Shown one piece after another: positions 23,095 through 37,626 of a DNA stretch of 64,000 nucleotides (positions within the stretch are counted from its first letter, which is position 1; each line of letters begins with the position of its first letter). The notes beneath the pieces were generated by a model. That model was given only the letters and a program-made list of their open reading frames with translations. It was not told the DNA's origin and ran no database searches. Made by a program: the position numbers and the translations under genes. Source of the DNA: Basidiobolus meristosporus CBS 931.73 (Eukaryota > Fungi > Basidiobolomycota); NCBI GenBank assembly GCA_002104905.1, contig MCFE01000439.1:10442-74441 (forward strand). Reading direction: 5' to 3'.

Positions 23095-23343
23095 ATGTCT
23101 CAAGAATTCAGTGAACAAGACCAACGCGAATTAGCCCAATTCCTCGAGGGAGAGAATGCCAAGGCCAAGCTCCAGCAAAGCATTCACACATTCGCTGACC
23201 TCTGCTGGGACAAGTGCATCAGCAAGATCGGGAACAAGCTCGACCGTTCTGAAGAAGCCTGCCTCACCAACTGCGTGGACCGTTTCCTCGACACCTCTCT
23301 TTTGATTGTGAAAAACCTGGAGGAGAAGAGAAGCTCCTTCTAG
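23095..23343 (+). CDS. TIM8: Mitochondrial intermembrane chaperone Tim8
   Basis: Twin CX3C motif LCWDKC..CLTNCVDRFLDTS; 82 aa, intronless. Confidence 0.92.
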   Translation: MSQEFSEQDQRELAQFLEGENAKAKLQQSIHTFADLCWDKCISKIGNKLDRSEEACLTNCVDRFLDTSLLIVKNLEEKRSSF

Positions 23344-23827
23344 AGCGGGTTCCCCTCAAATTCCATTGTTATCTATCGTGTCATTTCTGAAGGTTCCCTT
23401 CTATTGCGGAACCCCTATTCATCAAATCATATCATTCAACCGTGCTTAGTCTGAATATTCACATTTCCAATAGACATAAAGAAAAGTCCATTTTACTCGA
23501 TACTCGATTCCTTTGGTTTTAATATTCCTGTGCTCTGCATAAAAAAGTTTCCGACGGCACCGCCCTGCGCGTTGCGTCGTGATTGAATCCAGTGATATAA
23601 GCTTACTTCACTCCACACCTCAGCCCTCACTCATTACACTCGATGGGAATCCGGTGAGAGAAAGGATCAGAAAATTTTAGGGGACTACATCGGAGGTCCA
23701 ATCAGTCCCTAGTTCAAAAATAATTTAGCAGCTGTGCTAGAAGGAAGGAAGATTAAAAGAAATTTCGGATCTCGCTTTCAGGTTCCTTCTTTTACGTGTG
23801 AGGATCGCTCGATTCTTTCTAACAACT

Positions 23828-24517
23828 ATGGGTAGAGTAAGTGCCTGTTTTCTGCTTCAATACATCCCCAAGTTTCGGGTGTCTGTCGACATGGAATATC
23901 CACAACAGTAGAGGTCCATCCATCCATGGAACCACACGAAACTTGGGATTATGGTCCATCCGGTTCATTCAACTCACATCTTTTTATTATTCAAGCTACA
24001 CGAATACCAAATCATCGGTCGTAAGCTTCCTTCCGAAAAGGAGCCCGTCCCCAGACTCTTCCGTATGCGCATCTTCGCCCCTAACGAAGTTGTCGCCAAG
24101 AGCCGCTTCTGGTACTTCTTGACCAAGCTCAAGAAGGTCAAGAAGGCCGCTGGTGAAATCGTTTCCCTCAACGAGATCTTCGAGAAGAACCCCTTGAAGA
24201 TCAAGACCTTCGGTATCTGGCTCCGTTACGACTCTCGCTCTGGTACCCACAACATGTACAAGGAGTACCGTGAATTGACCCGTAACGACGCCGTCGAGGC
24301 TTGCTATCAAGATATGGCTGCCCGTCACCGTGCCCGCTTCAGATCCATCCAGATCATCCGTGTTGCTGAAGTTGCCAACGCTGACGTCCGTCGTCCTTAC
24401 ATTAAGCAACTCATGGTGCCCAAGCTTCGCTTCCCTCTTCCTCATCGTGTTGCTCGCCCTGCTGACAAGGCTAACCGCAGCCTCTTCATTGCTAAGCGCC
24501 CTTCTACCTTCTACTAA
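23828..24517 (+). CDS. RPL20: 60S ribosomal protein eL20 (L18a)
   Basis: MGR|[49 protein letters not shown]; one 5' intron. Confidence 0.96.
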
Positions 24518-24976
24518 GCGATTTACTCGCGGCATCTCGTTGCTGAATAGTGGCATTTGTGCCAGACAATAAACACAACCTGTTTTGTAGTCGACATCTT
24601 TACCATTCTCAAAACCATCGTGGCTAGTGTAGTGACAAAAGAAACGTTTATTGAAGCGTGAAATACTAGAAATGGTCAAGCAAGCTAAATCAGCACAGGT
24701 GTGTGTAAGTGTGGATCAAACTGGAAGCCGCGAGATGTACATCGTCTGGTCCAATGAAATCATCATCTTTCTAAAGGTAAAGAAATGCCTAACTACGAGG
24801 ATAATTTAGACGGAACGGGTTCACAAAATACGCTTGTATATTCTATCATAAATAGTCACGAAGTACGGGTTAACGAATGAATCCAAGTAATTTATGTACA
24901 GATAAATGAAGATTTGCCTTGTAGGCGATCGCTATAGAAACCAGGAACAGTTGGAACCCAACCACTTCTATAGTCG

Positions 24977-27692
24977 CTAACGCTTCCAAGAGCGTTCTAC
25001 ATCTTCCTCATCTTCCTCTTCATACGGATCTTGCAAGTTGCCTGTGTTTACACCCTCCTCGAGTGGTTGTGGCTGTTTGGCGGGCTTCACCTGTGATGGC
25101 GCGGGTTTGGTATCATAATCCCAAGATAACTCCACATCCGCTAAGGGTCCGGTTTTGGCACTTTTCAATGCCTGGCAAATGAGAAGTTAGCAAACCATAC
25201 TATTGTGCAAATTTATGGTGGTGACATACCTGTTCGGCGCCGGCTCTGGTTTTGAATTGGACCACGGCCGTTTGAGATTCTGCGTTGAGATTCGCAAACT
25301 CCACCTCCCCATAGCTTTCTAGCGCTCCCTTCAATTCTTCAGTTGATAGAGAGGGCACGTTCTTGATCAGAATCTTTGAGCGATTATCCAATTTGAGTGA
25401 GCGACGAGGCCACCCCCCATGGGCAATTCTACCCCGGAAGCCGCCTCTGCCACCGCGAGATGAAGGAATCTCGACCCCAAGAGATGCTGCCTCAGCTTTC
25501 AAGCTCTCAACCTTGGCACGAAGCGCCGCAGACTTATCGGAGTTGTCTTCACTCTCATTCAGCTGGCTCAAAGAGTCCAATTCTCTATCAAGCCGCTCTT
25601 TTTCCTTTTCGGCCATGACGTTTTTGGGAGGGGCGATATGCTTTTTCAACAGCGGATCCTTGGCGGCAGATTGAAGCGCCTCTTTGATGGATTCGGAGAT
25701 CTGGTTGAGTCGGTTTAAAATCTCTCTACGAGCCTCAGGGCTGATATTCTTTCCTTTGGATAGCTGCTCCATCAAGAGTTTCTGCTGCTCAATCTGCTTC
25801 TGTACCAACTGCTCTTTCTGCTTCTGAATTTCGAGCATCATCTTCAAGTGCTCCTGATGCTTCTTGGCTTTTTCGGCCATCTTTGTTTGCTCAGGAGTGT
25901 TGGGGGATGAGATGGGTTCGGTCTGAACGGAGGGCGCTGTCCATTTGTTGGATGGGGCCGGCTCAGCAGGGGCGCTGCTAATGTCATCTCCGTCGTTCTT
26001 GTGCCAGTAAACTTTTACAAACCGGTTATCAAAAATGGGTTCTGGGGAGTTGTATGCTTTGTAGGCTTCGGAGTTGGAGCTGAACTGAACCACTGCTTTA
26101 TGGCCGTGGAAGTCGAGGTTGATGTTTGTCACGACGCCAAACTTCTTGAAGAAGTCATTCACTTTGTCAATGGTGCAGAATTCGTGAGGGATGTTCTCCA
26201 CCACCAATGAGGTTTTGGTGTGTGGGTTAGGGTTGGCACCGTATCTGTTGCCCATACCACGTCCTCTACCTCCTCTGCCACGTCCACGTCCTCTATTGTT
26301 TGGCCAGGGATTGTCCATCATGGGAATATCGCCTGCTCTATTGTCGGGACCATCTCCCATTGGCACCCTCGAGTTGGGTCCGTTGAAATCGGCACGCTCG
26401 GGGTCGTAAGCCTCAGGGCCGCCAGGCATACCTCTAGGACCTAGGTTGGATTAAATGGAACAGTTAAGTAAACCGATGTGTTTGAAGGGAGCACTCCATA
26501 ACATGCAAAATTAATAGATTCATACCATTGAACTCGGGACGTTGCTGATTCCGTTTCCCGCCCATGAAGTAAGGTGGTCTGTTTGTGTTTGAGCCCATCA
26601 TGTTGACGGGGCCGCCAAGGGGGGGTCCGTTTATGGGAGGACGAGGCATATCAAATGGACCCCGCTTCATCACCGGATCATCCACCACGATTCTGTCAAC
26701 GCCATGGTCATAGGGACACAAATCACCCCGCATACAGTATCCCTTCTCTTTGAAAAGGTTAGATTGTTGGCTGCGGAATTAGCGATGGAGAATTATGCAA
26801 CAAACCATCGTAGTCGCGGCACCGCTGTCTTCTAGGGCGTTGATCGCCAAATCCACCCCTACCACCTCTGCCTCCGCGTCTACCGGAATTCCACTCATTA
26901 TAATTATCACGGGAGGAGTTGAAATTATGGGAATTTTGCGGAGGGAGAGTGGATGTCCGGTCATGTGGATAATCGCCTGCGCTCTTACCGACTTTGCTAC
27001 GCGAGTCCTCTGGGTATCCACCTCTATTTCTGGCGTGGTTGGAGGAGTCTTGATTCTCTAGCTCTGATTTGACCCTCTTGTGCTCGTTCTCCTCGGCCGA
27101 ATCTTCTCTCCTGGTTCTTTTGAAATTTCTATCGCCATCATCGTCCGAGCCCTCACTTTCCTCGTTCGGTGGTTGGGTCGCGGACTCCTGGTTAGTAAAC
27201 TCCTCTAAGAAAAAGTGGGACAGAGATTAGTTGGTCGAAGGACAAGCGTGGTTGGTGGGGCGGTTTTCAGAACCCAACTGAGGGACACGTTGCTTACCCG
27301 AATTGCTTGGTTGGCCCGTTTTAAACGAATCGAAAAGCTTATTCACGAATCCTTCGGTTTCTGGAATAAAGAGAGGTCGGTGGGAAAGTTCAGGATAACT
27401 TGATGAGCGTGTGTTGACTTACCATCTGCCAAGAAATCCCCCAGCTGTTCCAAGCAGAAGGCCTTCAATTCACTCTCGGGTTTGTCGTGTTGCAAAAGTG
27501 CGATAACATAATCAGCAAGCACGGGTGGATCTGCATCACAACTACAACAAAAGTCAAGGAAACTAACGTTCGTTCAAGAAGAGAGTCTAAAGTAGACACG
27601 ATCGTGATATTAGACCACAAAGGATACATTGGCTCCAGTTCCGCAATCAACTGATCCCTCAGCTTCGCTAACTCAGTATCATCAAACAACAT
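24977..27692 (-). CDS. RBM26/RBM27-like RNA-binding protein (PWI, CCCH zinc finger, RRMs)
   Basis: N-terminal PWI-like LIAELEP; YCMRGDLCPYDHG; RRM SLVVENIP..FFKKFG..AYNSPEPIFDNRFVKVYW; RG-rich segments; C-terminal ERSWKR. Confidence 0.85.
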
Positions 27693-28122
27693 GTTGACCT
27701 GCTATAGTTGATGACAGAGGTTGAAAGGGTAAAAAAAAGATGAGTTGCAACCTCGCGAATACTCCATCTTGAGGAATCCATTTTATTCATCATTTGATCA
27801 ACCTAATTTGACCGCGTACATGATACTCGTGAAATTCTTCAGAGGAATAATATTTTTTTATACAATCCATGGAATTTATCATCGTCTGGTGGGAATCCCG
27901 ATAATTTCGCAGCCATGGCTGTACCTCACCATGAATTACACCGGTTCCCTCGAAAATTCCCCTCAGAGCAAGACCAATGTTCCCTTAGGTAATCAAAGAA
28001 TCTAAAACAAAATCATGGATTTTTTCCGCTCATTTGGATTTGCCTAGTGGTGATTCTTGAAAAGTCCTGTACTCGTAGTTTAACCTGATTACCGTCAACC
28101 AAGTGATAGACTTGAAGCAAAT

Positions 28123-31100
28123 ATGTTTCTGTATAATGTCACCCTACAGGAAGCCACGGCAATCAACCAAGCAATCCTTGGAAACTTCTCCGGAACAAAG
28201 CAGCAGGAGATCATAATCGCGCGTAACACTAGATTGGTGTTGTTACGCCCTGATCCCAGTAGCGGGAAAGTGAACACAGTTTTGTCGTATGAGGTGTTCG
28301 GAGTCATTCGTTCCTTGAGTCCTTTCCGCCTGACCGGTGGATCCAAAGGTACCGAGTTGTCCGCCAATCTGGCTCTGCCTTCTGGAAACTAACTCGCCTT
28401 CCTAGATTATGTCGTGGCGGGAACCGATTCTGGTCGTGTTGTAATCTTGGAGTATAATCCAACCAAGAACTGCTTTGAAAAAGTTCATCAGGAGACCTAC
28501 GGAAAGACGGGCTGTCGTCGTGTTGTCCCAGGGCAATACTTGGCGACGGATCCTAAGGGAAGAGCAGTCATGATCGGTATATGTTTTTAAAGTATACCTC
28601 CTTTTTCCGTGGGTTCATTTGCTAATGTTTTCAAAGGGGCTGTCGAGAAACAAAAGCTAGTTTACATTCTCAATCGTGACTCTGCTGCGCGCTTGACCAT
28701 TTCCTCTCCCTTGGAAGCACATAAGTCACATACGATCATGTTTGGATGTGTTGGTGTAGATGTTGGATTCGAGAACCCTATATTTGCATGCATTGAGGTT
28801 GACTATGGTGATGCTGACGAGGATCCTAGTGGCGAGGCATTCAAGAGTATCGAAAAGGCAAGTCTGCTTTTTGTTTTAATGGGAGCCGCGAAAACAACTG
28901 CTAATCATGTATAACCAGATGCTCACTTACTATGAGCTGGACCTTGGTCTCAATCATGTTGTTAGGAAGTGGAGCGAGCCAATCGACCATAAATCCAACC
29001 TCTTAGTCCCAGGTTTGTTGCTATGCATTCCGTACATATAGTTGCACTCATTGAAAAACCTCGCATTAGTTCCTGGCGGCACTGATGGTCCTTCTGGAGT
29101 ATTGGTTTGTAGCGAGAATTTCATCACATACAAACATCAAGGCTCGGCCGAGCATCGTGTACCTATCCCAAGGCGGGAAAATCCATTGGAAGACAAGCAA
29201 CGTGGTTTAATCATTGTTGCCGGCGCTGTGCACAAGATGAAGGTTTTTTGATATCTTTGCTATCCAAAAATACTGCTCCGATTGCTCACCACTTGTCATC
29301 TCTCTTAGAATGCATTCTTCATCCTGTTGCAGAGTGAGGCGGGTGATCTGTACAAGATCAGCATAGATTATGAGGATGATGTCGTGCAGGCCATCAGAAT
29401 CAAATACTTTGACACCGTCCCGGTTGCCGCTGGCCTCTGTATACTCAAGTCTGGTTTCTTGTTTGTGGCTGCTGAGTTCGGAAATCAGTAAGTATTTGTA
29501 TACTCTGAGCTTGGCCCCTCCCTTTCGTGAACTTACGTGGTGCGTTTAGTTATTTGTACCAGTTTGAGAAATTGGGCGACGACGACGATGAAGTTGAGTA
29601 CTCCAGTGCAGATATGAGCATCGCTGAGGAGTCCATGGTCTATTTCCGCCCACACGAACTTACTAATTTGCACATGGTCGATGAAATGGAGAGCACTTGC
29701 CCGATTATTGAAGCAAAGGTAGGAGAGATTGCCACTGCAGTGTTTGTCATCATGTACTGTCGACTCACCACCGTGCCGATCTCCAGATCCTTAATCTGGC
29801 CGAAGAGGATACTCCCCAAATTTATGCACTTACCGGCAGAGGAAGTCGATCCTCATTGAAGATCCTTCGCCACGGACTTGAGGTGTCGGAAATGGCTGTT
29901 TCCGAGCTCCCTGGTAATCCAAATGCGATCTGGACCACGAAGTTGACTGCTTCAGGTAAGGGGACACTGGCGTCGGGCGGAAGTGTTTCAGCTAAACTGA
30001 ATTCTCTACCCATTAGATGAGTATGATTCGTACATGGTGGTTTCCTTTGTCAATGACACATTGGTTCTTTCGATTGGGGATACTGTCGAGGAAGTGACTG
30101 ACACCGGATTTATTAACAATACCCCAACTATCTGCGTTCAACAAATGGGAAGGGATTCGATTGTTCAGGTAGGCGATTCGAAGCGGGCGCTTGTATATTC
30201 CATAGAGTCTGACATTCTGTTGCTAGATTTATCCCCAAGGCATTCGCCACATCCGTGCTGACAAGCGAGTAAATGAATGGCAAGCACCTAAAGGCCGCAC
30301 CATTATCCAGGCTACCGCAAATAATCGCCAGGTACTTACTATTACTTGTGTTTTCACGCTTTGTTCCGGTGGTTGAACATCATCGATTGTGTAGGTGATC
30401 ATTGCGTTGTCCAGTGGCGAGATCATTTATTTCGAGTTAGACAATGTCGGCCAACTAAATGAATACCAAGAGCGCCAAGAGATGCATTCCTCCGTTACTT
30501 GCTTGAACGTTGGCCCTGTACCCGAAGGGAGACAAAGAAGCAAATTTTTGGTTAGTGGCGGATTTGCGCATAATCTAGCAATATTGGCGGAGGGTCTAAC
30601 ACAACCCGTGGTAATCTAGGCTGTAGGCTGCCAAGATAATACTGTCCGAATCATTTCTCTTGATCCAGATAACTGTCTAGAGACTCTCAGTATGCAGGTT
30701 CGTCATTTCCGCAAGAACCTTTTCCATCTATCATCTTGGGCTAAGCTTAGTTTAGGCCGTTACTGCTACTCCTGAATCACTGGCTATTATTGAGATGATT
30801 GACCAAGATGCGGATCGTAGTCATGGCACTTTGTATCTTAATATTGGCTTGCAAAACGGTGTCCTCCTTCGTACTCTTCTCGACAGTGTCACTGGCCTCC
30901 TGTCCGATACCAGAACAAGGTTTGATGATTTTGTATTCCGCCTGCGAGTTCGACCATTCTAACTAAATATCCGCAGATTTTTGGGTTCTCGTCCAGTCAA
31001 GTTGTTCCGGACGCAAATTCAAGGCATGCCTGCAGTGCTAGCCTTATCTAGTAGACCCTGGCTCAGCTACACCTTCCAATCTAGAAACAGATTGACCCCA

Positions 31101-32942
31101 TTATCGTATCCTTTTCGCATATTTTTTTGGGCGCATCCTGGTATGTCCGTTGTCTCCTTAACATAACACATCTTAGATATGAATCCTTGGAATATGGTTC
31201 TGGCTTTTGTTCCGAACAATGCTCAGAGGGAATAGTTGCCATCTCCTCCAACACACTCCGAATCTTAACTGTGGAGAAGCTTGGGGACGTATTCAACCAG
31301 CTCTCCATCCCTCTCCAATACACACCTCGTCGATTTGTTGTCCATCCCAGCTCTAGAAACTTCGTAATCATCGAGTCCGAGCACAACACTTACTCCCCTT
31401 CGGAGCAGAAAAAGCTCTTTGAGAAGAAGGTAAATTTGCTGGCGTATTGTTTCCCGACTTTTTCGTCGGTCAACTAATCCATGTGGTCAGGGTTTGGATC
31501 CCAACACCGAACTAAGCAATCTACCGGTCGATGTCTACGGTCATCCCAAAGCGGTCCCCGGAAAATGGGCCTCCTGCATTCGCTTGCTGAATCCTTTCCA
31601 AGTAAGTTGCAGTATATATAAAGCCGTAGCCCAGTTGCCGTTGCTGAGCTGCTGATTTTTTTAGGGAGATACTCTTTCGTTGATTGAGCTTGAAGATAAT
31701 GAGGCAGCCTTTAGGTAGGCCGGATTACTGTTCAGAGTGAATCAACAACTCTAACAACTTGATCTTCATCTAGCATGACGACTCTGGTATTCCACTCGAA
31801 CCCTCAAGAGCTTTGCCTTGCGGTCGGTACTGCCAAGGATGTCACACTTGCCCCGAGAACATGCTCTGCTGCATTCATTCATTTATACAAGTTTGCCGAA
31901 GACGGACAGTCATTGGAGTTGGTCCACAAGGTATGTCGATAAATTTGAGGCGGATTCCAAGTTGAACCGCCAGCTAATGATTCATGCTAGACTCCTGTGG
32001 ACGAGATCCCCCTGGCATTGCTTGGATTCCAGGGACGCTTGCTTGCTGGTGTAGGAAAGGCGCTTAGAATCTATGATCTTGGAAAGAAGAAACTTCTTCG
32101 TAAATGCCAAACCAAGGTAATTAAGTATTGCCACCGCGAGCATGCAATGCTAATGTGCTAACATACACATGCCAGTCTATTCCCAGATGCATCGTAAATC
32201 TTCACACCCAGGGTAGCCGTATCATCATCTGTGATATCCAAGAGTCAGTTCACTACGCCACCTACAAAGCCAGAGAGAATCAGATCATCATCTTTGCGGA
32301 TGACACCTCCCCCAAGTGGTTGACCGCGACCACAATGATCGATTACGACACTGTTGCAGGTGGCGACAAGTTCGGTAACTTCTTTATCGAACGCTTGCCT
32401 CAGAGTATCAGCCAAGATGTAGACGACGACCCATCCGGAAACAAGGTTATTTCAGAGAGAGGCAACGTCTACGGTGCTCCATATAAGGTTTCATGTATAG
32501 CACACTACTACGTAGGCGACTCATTATCCTCGATTCAAAGAGCCACCCTCGTCTCTGGGGGACGCGAAATCCTTGTATATACCACACTTCTCGGAGGGGT
32601 TGGAGCATTCATACCTTTCATGACCAGGGACGATGTCGAGTTCTTCCAAAACTTGGAAATGCACATGCGTAGCGAGAACCCACCCTTGTGCGGTCGCGAT
32701 CATCTCGCATATAGAAGCTTCTACGCCCCAGTCAAGGTAAAGTACCAAGATCGTCACTTTTTGACGACAATCCCAGGGCTGACCGAATCGTTTGTTTGTA
32801 GAGCGTTATTGATGGAGACCTATGCGAGCAGTATAACCTCCTTCCGCCTGAGAAGAAGCGCTACATCGCTGAAGAGTTGGACCGGACACCGGCGGAAATC
32901 GCGAAGAAATTGGAGGATATTAGAACGATGGTAGCATTCTAA
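28123..32942 (+). CDS. RSE1: Splicing factor SF3B3/Rse1 (multi-exon)
   Basis: [31 protein letters not shown]; [12 protein letters not shown]; PLEAHKS; [15 protein letters not shown]; [15 protein letters not shown]. Confidence 0.96.
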
Positions 32943-33247
32943 TCGACTGGGATTGCCACAAATATTCCGAAGAAATATCACATGTAGAGTCCAGATATAA
33001 TATCTCGTAGTAACTCGCGGCGGAACTTTAGAAATAACATCCTTCGACATTGTCCATTTTTATTACCTTCTTCAAGTGGTTCGTGACTTCTCAATAGTAG
33101 AGAATAAAAGTATTTTAAACATACGGGTTTGGGATATTGTGGGTGCCACTCTTTGAACAAGAGAGCCTTGGCAACGTATTTATTATTTACATGTTTGATG
33201 GATCGTGCACAACGTTGAAACATAGAAACAATAAAGTCTAGCTTGTT

Positions 33248-36124
33248 TTACACGATGGCCACCTGTTTATAAACCAACGAGCGAATCTTATAGTAATTCG
33301 CCGACAAGCATCCATCAACCACGATCTGTCCAGCGGAGGTCTGCGAGGGGAGAGAAGCATGAGTATTTGAAGAGGGGCTGCTTGCTTGTTGGCTGGAGTT
33401 ACCTTGCGAATGGCGACGTGGTCATCACAAACCAACACACCATCACCTTTGAATTCGGCGACAATCCCCTCGTTTTGCAGCACCCTCTTGAGCTCGGTCA
33501 AGCGGACATCGCCCACAAACAGTGGTGGATGCCAGCCCTGCTGCTCTTCAATGGGAAGCACATCCAAGGTGGGCGTTGAAGAGTCTTCCGAATAATGAAT
33601 TTTACCGGTGATGTGGGCCAACTCATAATCGTCAAGCTTGGAAGAGTGGTTAGCTAGGCTCAGGTCAACGAAAGGCTGTAAAGCCAATTTACCTTGGAGA
33701 AGTTGAGCGAACTGACGAGGGAATCGGTGAGTTTGACCTAGGCGGTGGTTAGTATATCAAAAGAAGGTTGGCCAAACTCTAATTGAAGCCCCACCTGATA
33801 GATGTTGGTTGCCGACGAGACATTGATCATTTCACCCACTCTTGGGGCGAAGATCTCTTTAGTCATTTCATCCACCTGAAGGCACGAATTCATCAGATCT
33901 TTGGTGGCTTCCTCGGTTCCATGGATTATGATCTGGGGGAAAGCAAGCGGTGAGCATGGGGCATCCACCAAAATCTTGGCTGGCGTTTATACCAATTTCC
34001 TGGGATTCACTTGGGGCAAGATAGTTTTGATGGAACGACCATCCGATAAACCTTCCAAGTCGATGTACACCACTTTGCATGTCATGTGGAGGTTCTCTGT
34101 CTCTGCGACGTATTTGGTGGGGATAGATGGTTCGGTCGTCTGCTCCTCCTTGTCAATGTCCATCTCGTTCTACATAACGTGGTGAGCCGTCTTGAGATGG
34201 CCAGCAAATGGATCAGGGCGTCTTACCTCGGCATTCTCGTCAACAGCCATGGATTGATTCATGAGCTGGTCCAAATCGAAATCTTTCATGAACTTTTCGG
34301 GCTGAATCACCTCGCCATAATCATCGAACCGCTTCTTCCTTTCGATGTATGGAAACATGCGGTAGCTCTGTGTTTGTTTGAAGAAGCCGCCACTCTTCGT
34401 GGCATCCTTCAGATACAGATCGAACTGATCATGCAGCAGTTGCTCCATGTCCACATCGTCCACATCCGATTCGGACTCGTCGGATTCGTCCTCTTCGATG
34501 ATGGTCTTACTGCGGGCAATGAGCGCCGCTTGTGCCGCTTCTCTCTCGAGCCTAGTACGCTCCGATGCGGTGTGCTCCAACAGCTCCGCACCCTCTAGAG
34601 GCACTTTTTTCGTGATCTAGCGTTAAGCAATCCCACAGGTAAGTAAAGTGTGTGAGATGCATGAAACCCTTACATACGTACATTGAGCTGTAGCTGGAGA
34701 TCGAAGTGAACCGGAGGCACTACGGTTCCAGGTCTCGAATGAGCAACGCTTTCCCACTCCTCGTACAACTTCCTGGCCAGTGTGTTTGGTGGACCACGGC
34801 TAGTAAGAATCACTGTGTTTTTGGGATCAGCACCCCACTCAACTAACAAGTCCCTGGAATATCCGGTCTCCATGCTAATGCAACTGGCAAGTATAATCTT
34901 GGGACCATGATGCTTGGCCAGATCACTCTGCTTGTGGCAAAGGCGAACGTTTCTGTGGACGAATAGGTGTCAATCCTGGTGCCGATAATTAATTGAACAA
35001 AAGCAACCATTACTTGAGATCAAAGGGATTCTCTCTTGCACTTTCGAATTGCTTGGTAATCGAGTCGCTCATCCATTCCAGCATACTCTTGGCGAACTGG
35101 GTCGTGCGGTAACTCTTGTGTGTGTAAAACAGCAATGGGAAAGACAACCGCTGGGAATTCCAGAGATGGTCCAGTACGTAGGCGATCTCTAAAACACGAG
35201 AGGACGAATCTACCGGAACCAATACATTACCCCCATTGCGAAGTGTGGATATGATGGATTCTAACAGAACAGAGCAATAAGTCATCAGTTTGGTTAGGTC
35301 CTCGCATGGTCATTGTTCCACTTACCGAAGAGTGCGTTTTCGCGATATTTCCGTGCTGCGTGAACTGCCAGGGAGTTGTATGCATCGGTGATTAGCACTG
35401 AGGGTCGGAACAAACTTTCCAGCACCACACCATTAGCATGAAGGACGGTTCCATCTAAATGTCTTTGAATCTGCATGTTAACAAATGGGTGCAGAGCGGA
35501 TCTCCTAATGAGGGTCTACCTCTCTTTCTTATGATTGTAGTCTACCGCATATACTATTTCGTCTGTGTCCTTCTTAATCTTCCAGATAGTTCCACCGATA
35601 GTGTGCCCAGCCGCATATGCAGTGATCAGTATTCCCTTCGCTTTACCTATAGACGCACGGGATCAATTAACCTTCGAAGTCAATAAGTGTTCTCGCTGCT
35701 CACGCATACCTGATAATCCGGTTGGTTGTGAGTATCTTAATATGGTTATCTTATCAAAGGCGGTGTCAATCTCCTCCACGGTGAACAAATCGAACTCAGT
35801 TGCATTTTTCTTGGACAAGGCCACGTCAAGCATGCACATCCTACCCATGTTTTGGGTTGGCAAGGTAGCATATACTGGACAACTAAGCCCTAGCTTAGAG
35901 TACGCGTACGGGAAGGCTCCTAGATGGGCCAGATCCGGGTGGGACAACAATACCACATCTATCTGCTTTGCCACTCGCTTTAAATGCTTCAACTCGTCCA
36001 AATTAAAGGGATCGTACCAACCGCAGTCTAACAAGATCTTAACATCATCTACTTCCAAGAGATAGCATAATGCCGCTTCTGAATGAGAACCAGATATGGC
36101 AGTGAACTTGATGTAACTTGTCAT
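33248..36124 (-). CDS. CPSF2: Cleavage and polyadenylation specificity factor subunit 2 (CPSF100/Cft2)
   Basis: [17 protein letters not shown]; [16 protein letters not shown]; [19 protein letters not shown]; METGYSRDL; [12 protein letters not shown]; [10 protein letters not shown]. Confidence 0.95.
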
Positions 36125-36361
36125 AGTTCACTACAGGAGAAACACGGAAGGATGTACACCTTCAGAATGATTGACTAACCATGAGTGACCATGAATTTTT
36201 AAACATCCAAAAAATTTCTGTAATCAAACCGAAAATCTCAACACACCTAAATCCTGCTTATGGTTCCCTAGCTAAACTTGATTAACATCTCCTAGTGGCA
36301 CTTGAGCTTTTTCTTTGCAACTCCAACTCCGACCCCGCCCCCGCCCCCACTTTACCTTCAC

Positions 36362-37460
36362 ATGGCGACACAACCACAACTGGGCGCAGCATACCCAGCT
36401 CCGCCAGACTACTACAAACGCTTCACTGATGAGAATTTGGAGAAATTTCGTACTTGGAAAGAGTCCGACAATAAATCAAACCCAACAGCACCCACCCATG
36501 CAGACAAGGAGTTCGAGTTTTTAGAGCCACCCAAGCCCATCACCGAGGGTGAATATTGGATGTTTGGAAAGCGCTGGCTGGTAAACGCCAAATCACATCT
36601 CTACACACGAGATAACAACCATTCACCCTGGATTTTCCACCATAGATCGAGGATGTTCTGCCCAGCTTAGAGGAACAGAATGTACAACAGCTATATCCCA
36701 AAGAAAGCATCGGTAAAATCCCCACCTCTTTGATATGTAACCGCAGAATCACTTTCGCTCACCGAGGCCTATTTCGTCTTGCGGGAAATAGACAGAATCA
36801 AGGAGCTGAAGAAGCTGAACTTCTCCCTTGTGTTCAGTTTTTTGGAGCTGGTGGAAACGCTGATTCGTAACCCGACCCAGGTACGCTTGCGAAGAGTTCC
36901 TCCCCTGGAAGAGTATGAACTTTGCTTACCTCTAACTTGGCGTAGTTTACCATGAACATCGATCATATCCGGTTGATTCTGATCAATATGCATCATATCA
37001 TCAACGAGTACCGACCACATCAGGTACACTTGCTTTGACGCTCCCCCACTTTTCACAGGCTAACCCGTGTGCCGCAACTAGGCTAAGGAAACCCTGACCC
37101 TGATTCTCCAAGAGCAAGTGCAGAAACGGAAAAACGACTCCCAATTACTAAGCAAGTAAGCGGTCGCGTAGATCATCCCGTCTCCCACTTTACGTTAACC
37201 TACCCAGCACTTGTGATGAATTCTTGGAGAAGCTGAGCAAAATTCGAGACGGGTTTGTGGACAAAATCGGTGACCAAATGGAACTCGACGTACCCATATA
37301 TTTCTATGACTGAACTGCCAAAGATCTCTCACTCACATGAACCTATGACTAGGATATTGACATCAAAGAAGAAAAGCAAAGCGAGGCTGGCTCTAGCATA
37401 CCCAGCACCCAATCTTCCAGGAACAAGAGATTGCTTCAGATGGTGGACTCCATTGTATAA
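36362..37460 (+). CDS. MED7: Mediator subunit Med7 (multi-exon)
   Basis: YPAPPDYYKRF; LEPPKP..YWMFG; LPSLEEQNVQQLYP; ELKKLN; HHIINEYRPHQ|AKETL. Confidence 0.92.
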
Positions 37461-37626
37461 TGCGCCGGCTGTTTCATGCCAATAAATTTAGACATCATTC
37501 GTATCACAATGAAATGGTAGTAGGCTTCTATAGGTGTTGTTTATTCTTGTATTTATTGGTGTTTTATGTATAAACAAATGCAAGGGACAAACACGTTGCA
37601 AGGACAAAGAAATCTTTATTAGGTTC

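Noticed and set aside
23996-24679. 227-aa antisense ORF over RPL20
   Set aside because: Shadow ORF caused by strong codon bias of a highly expressed gene.
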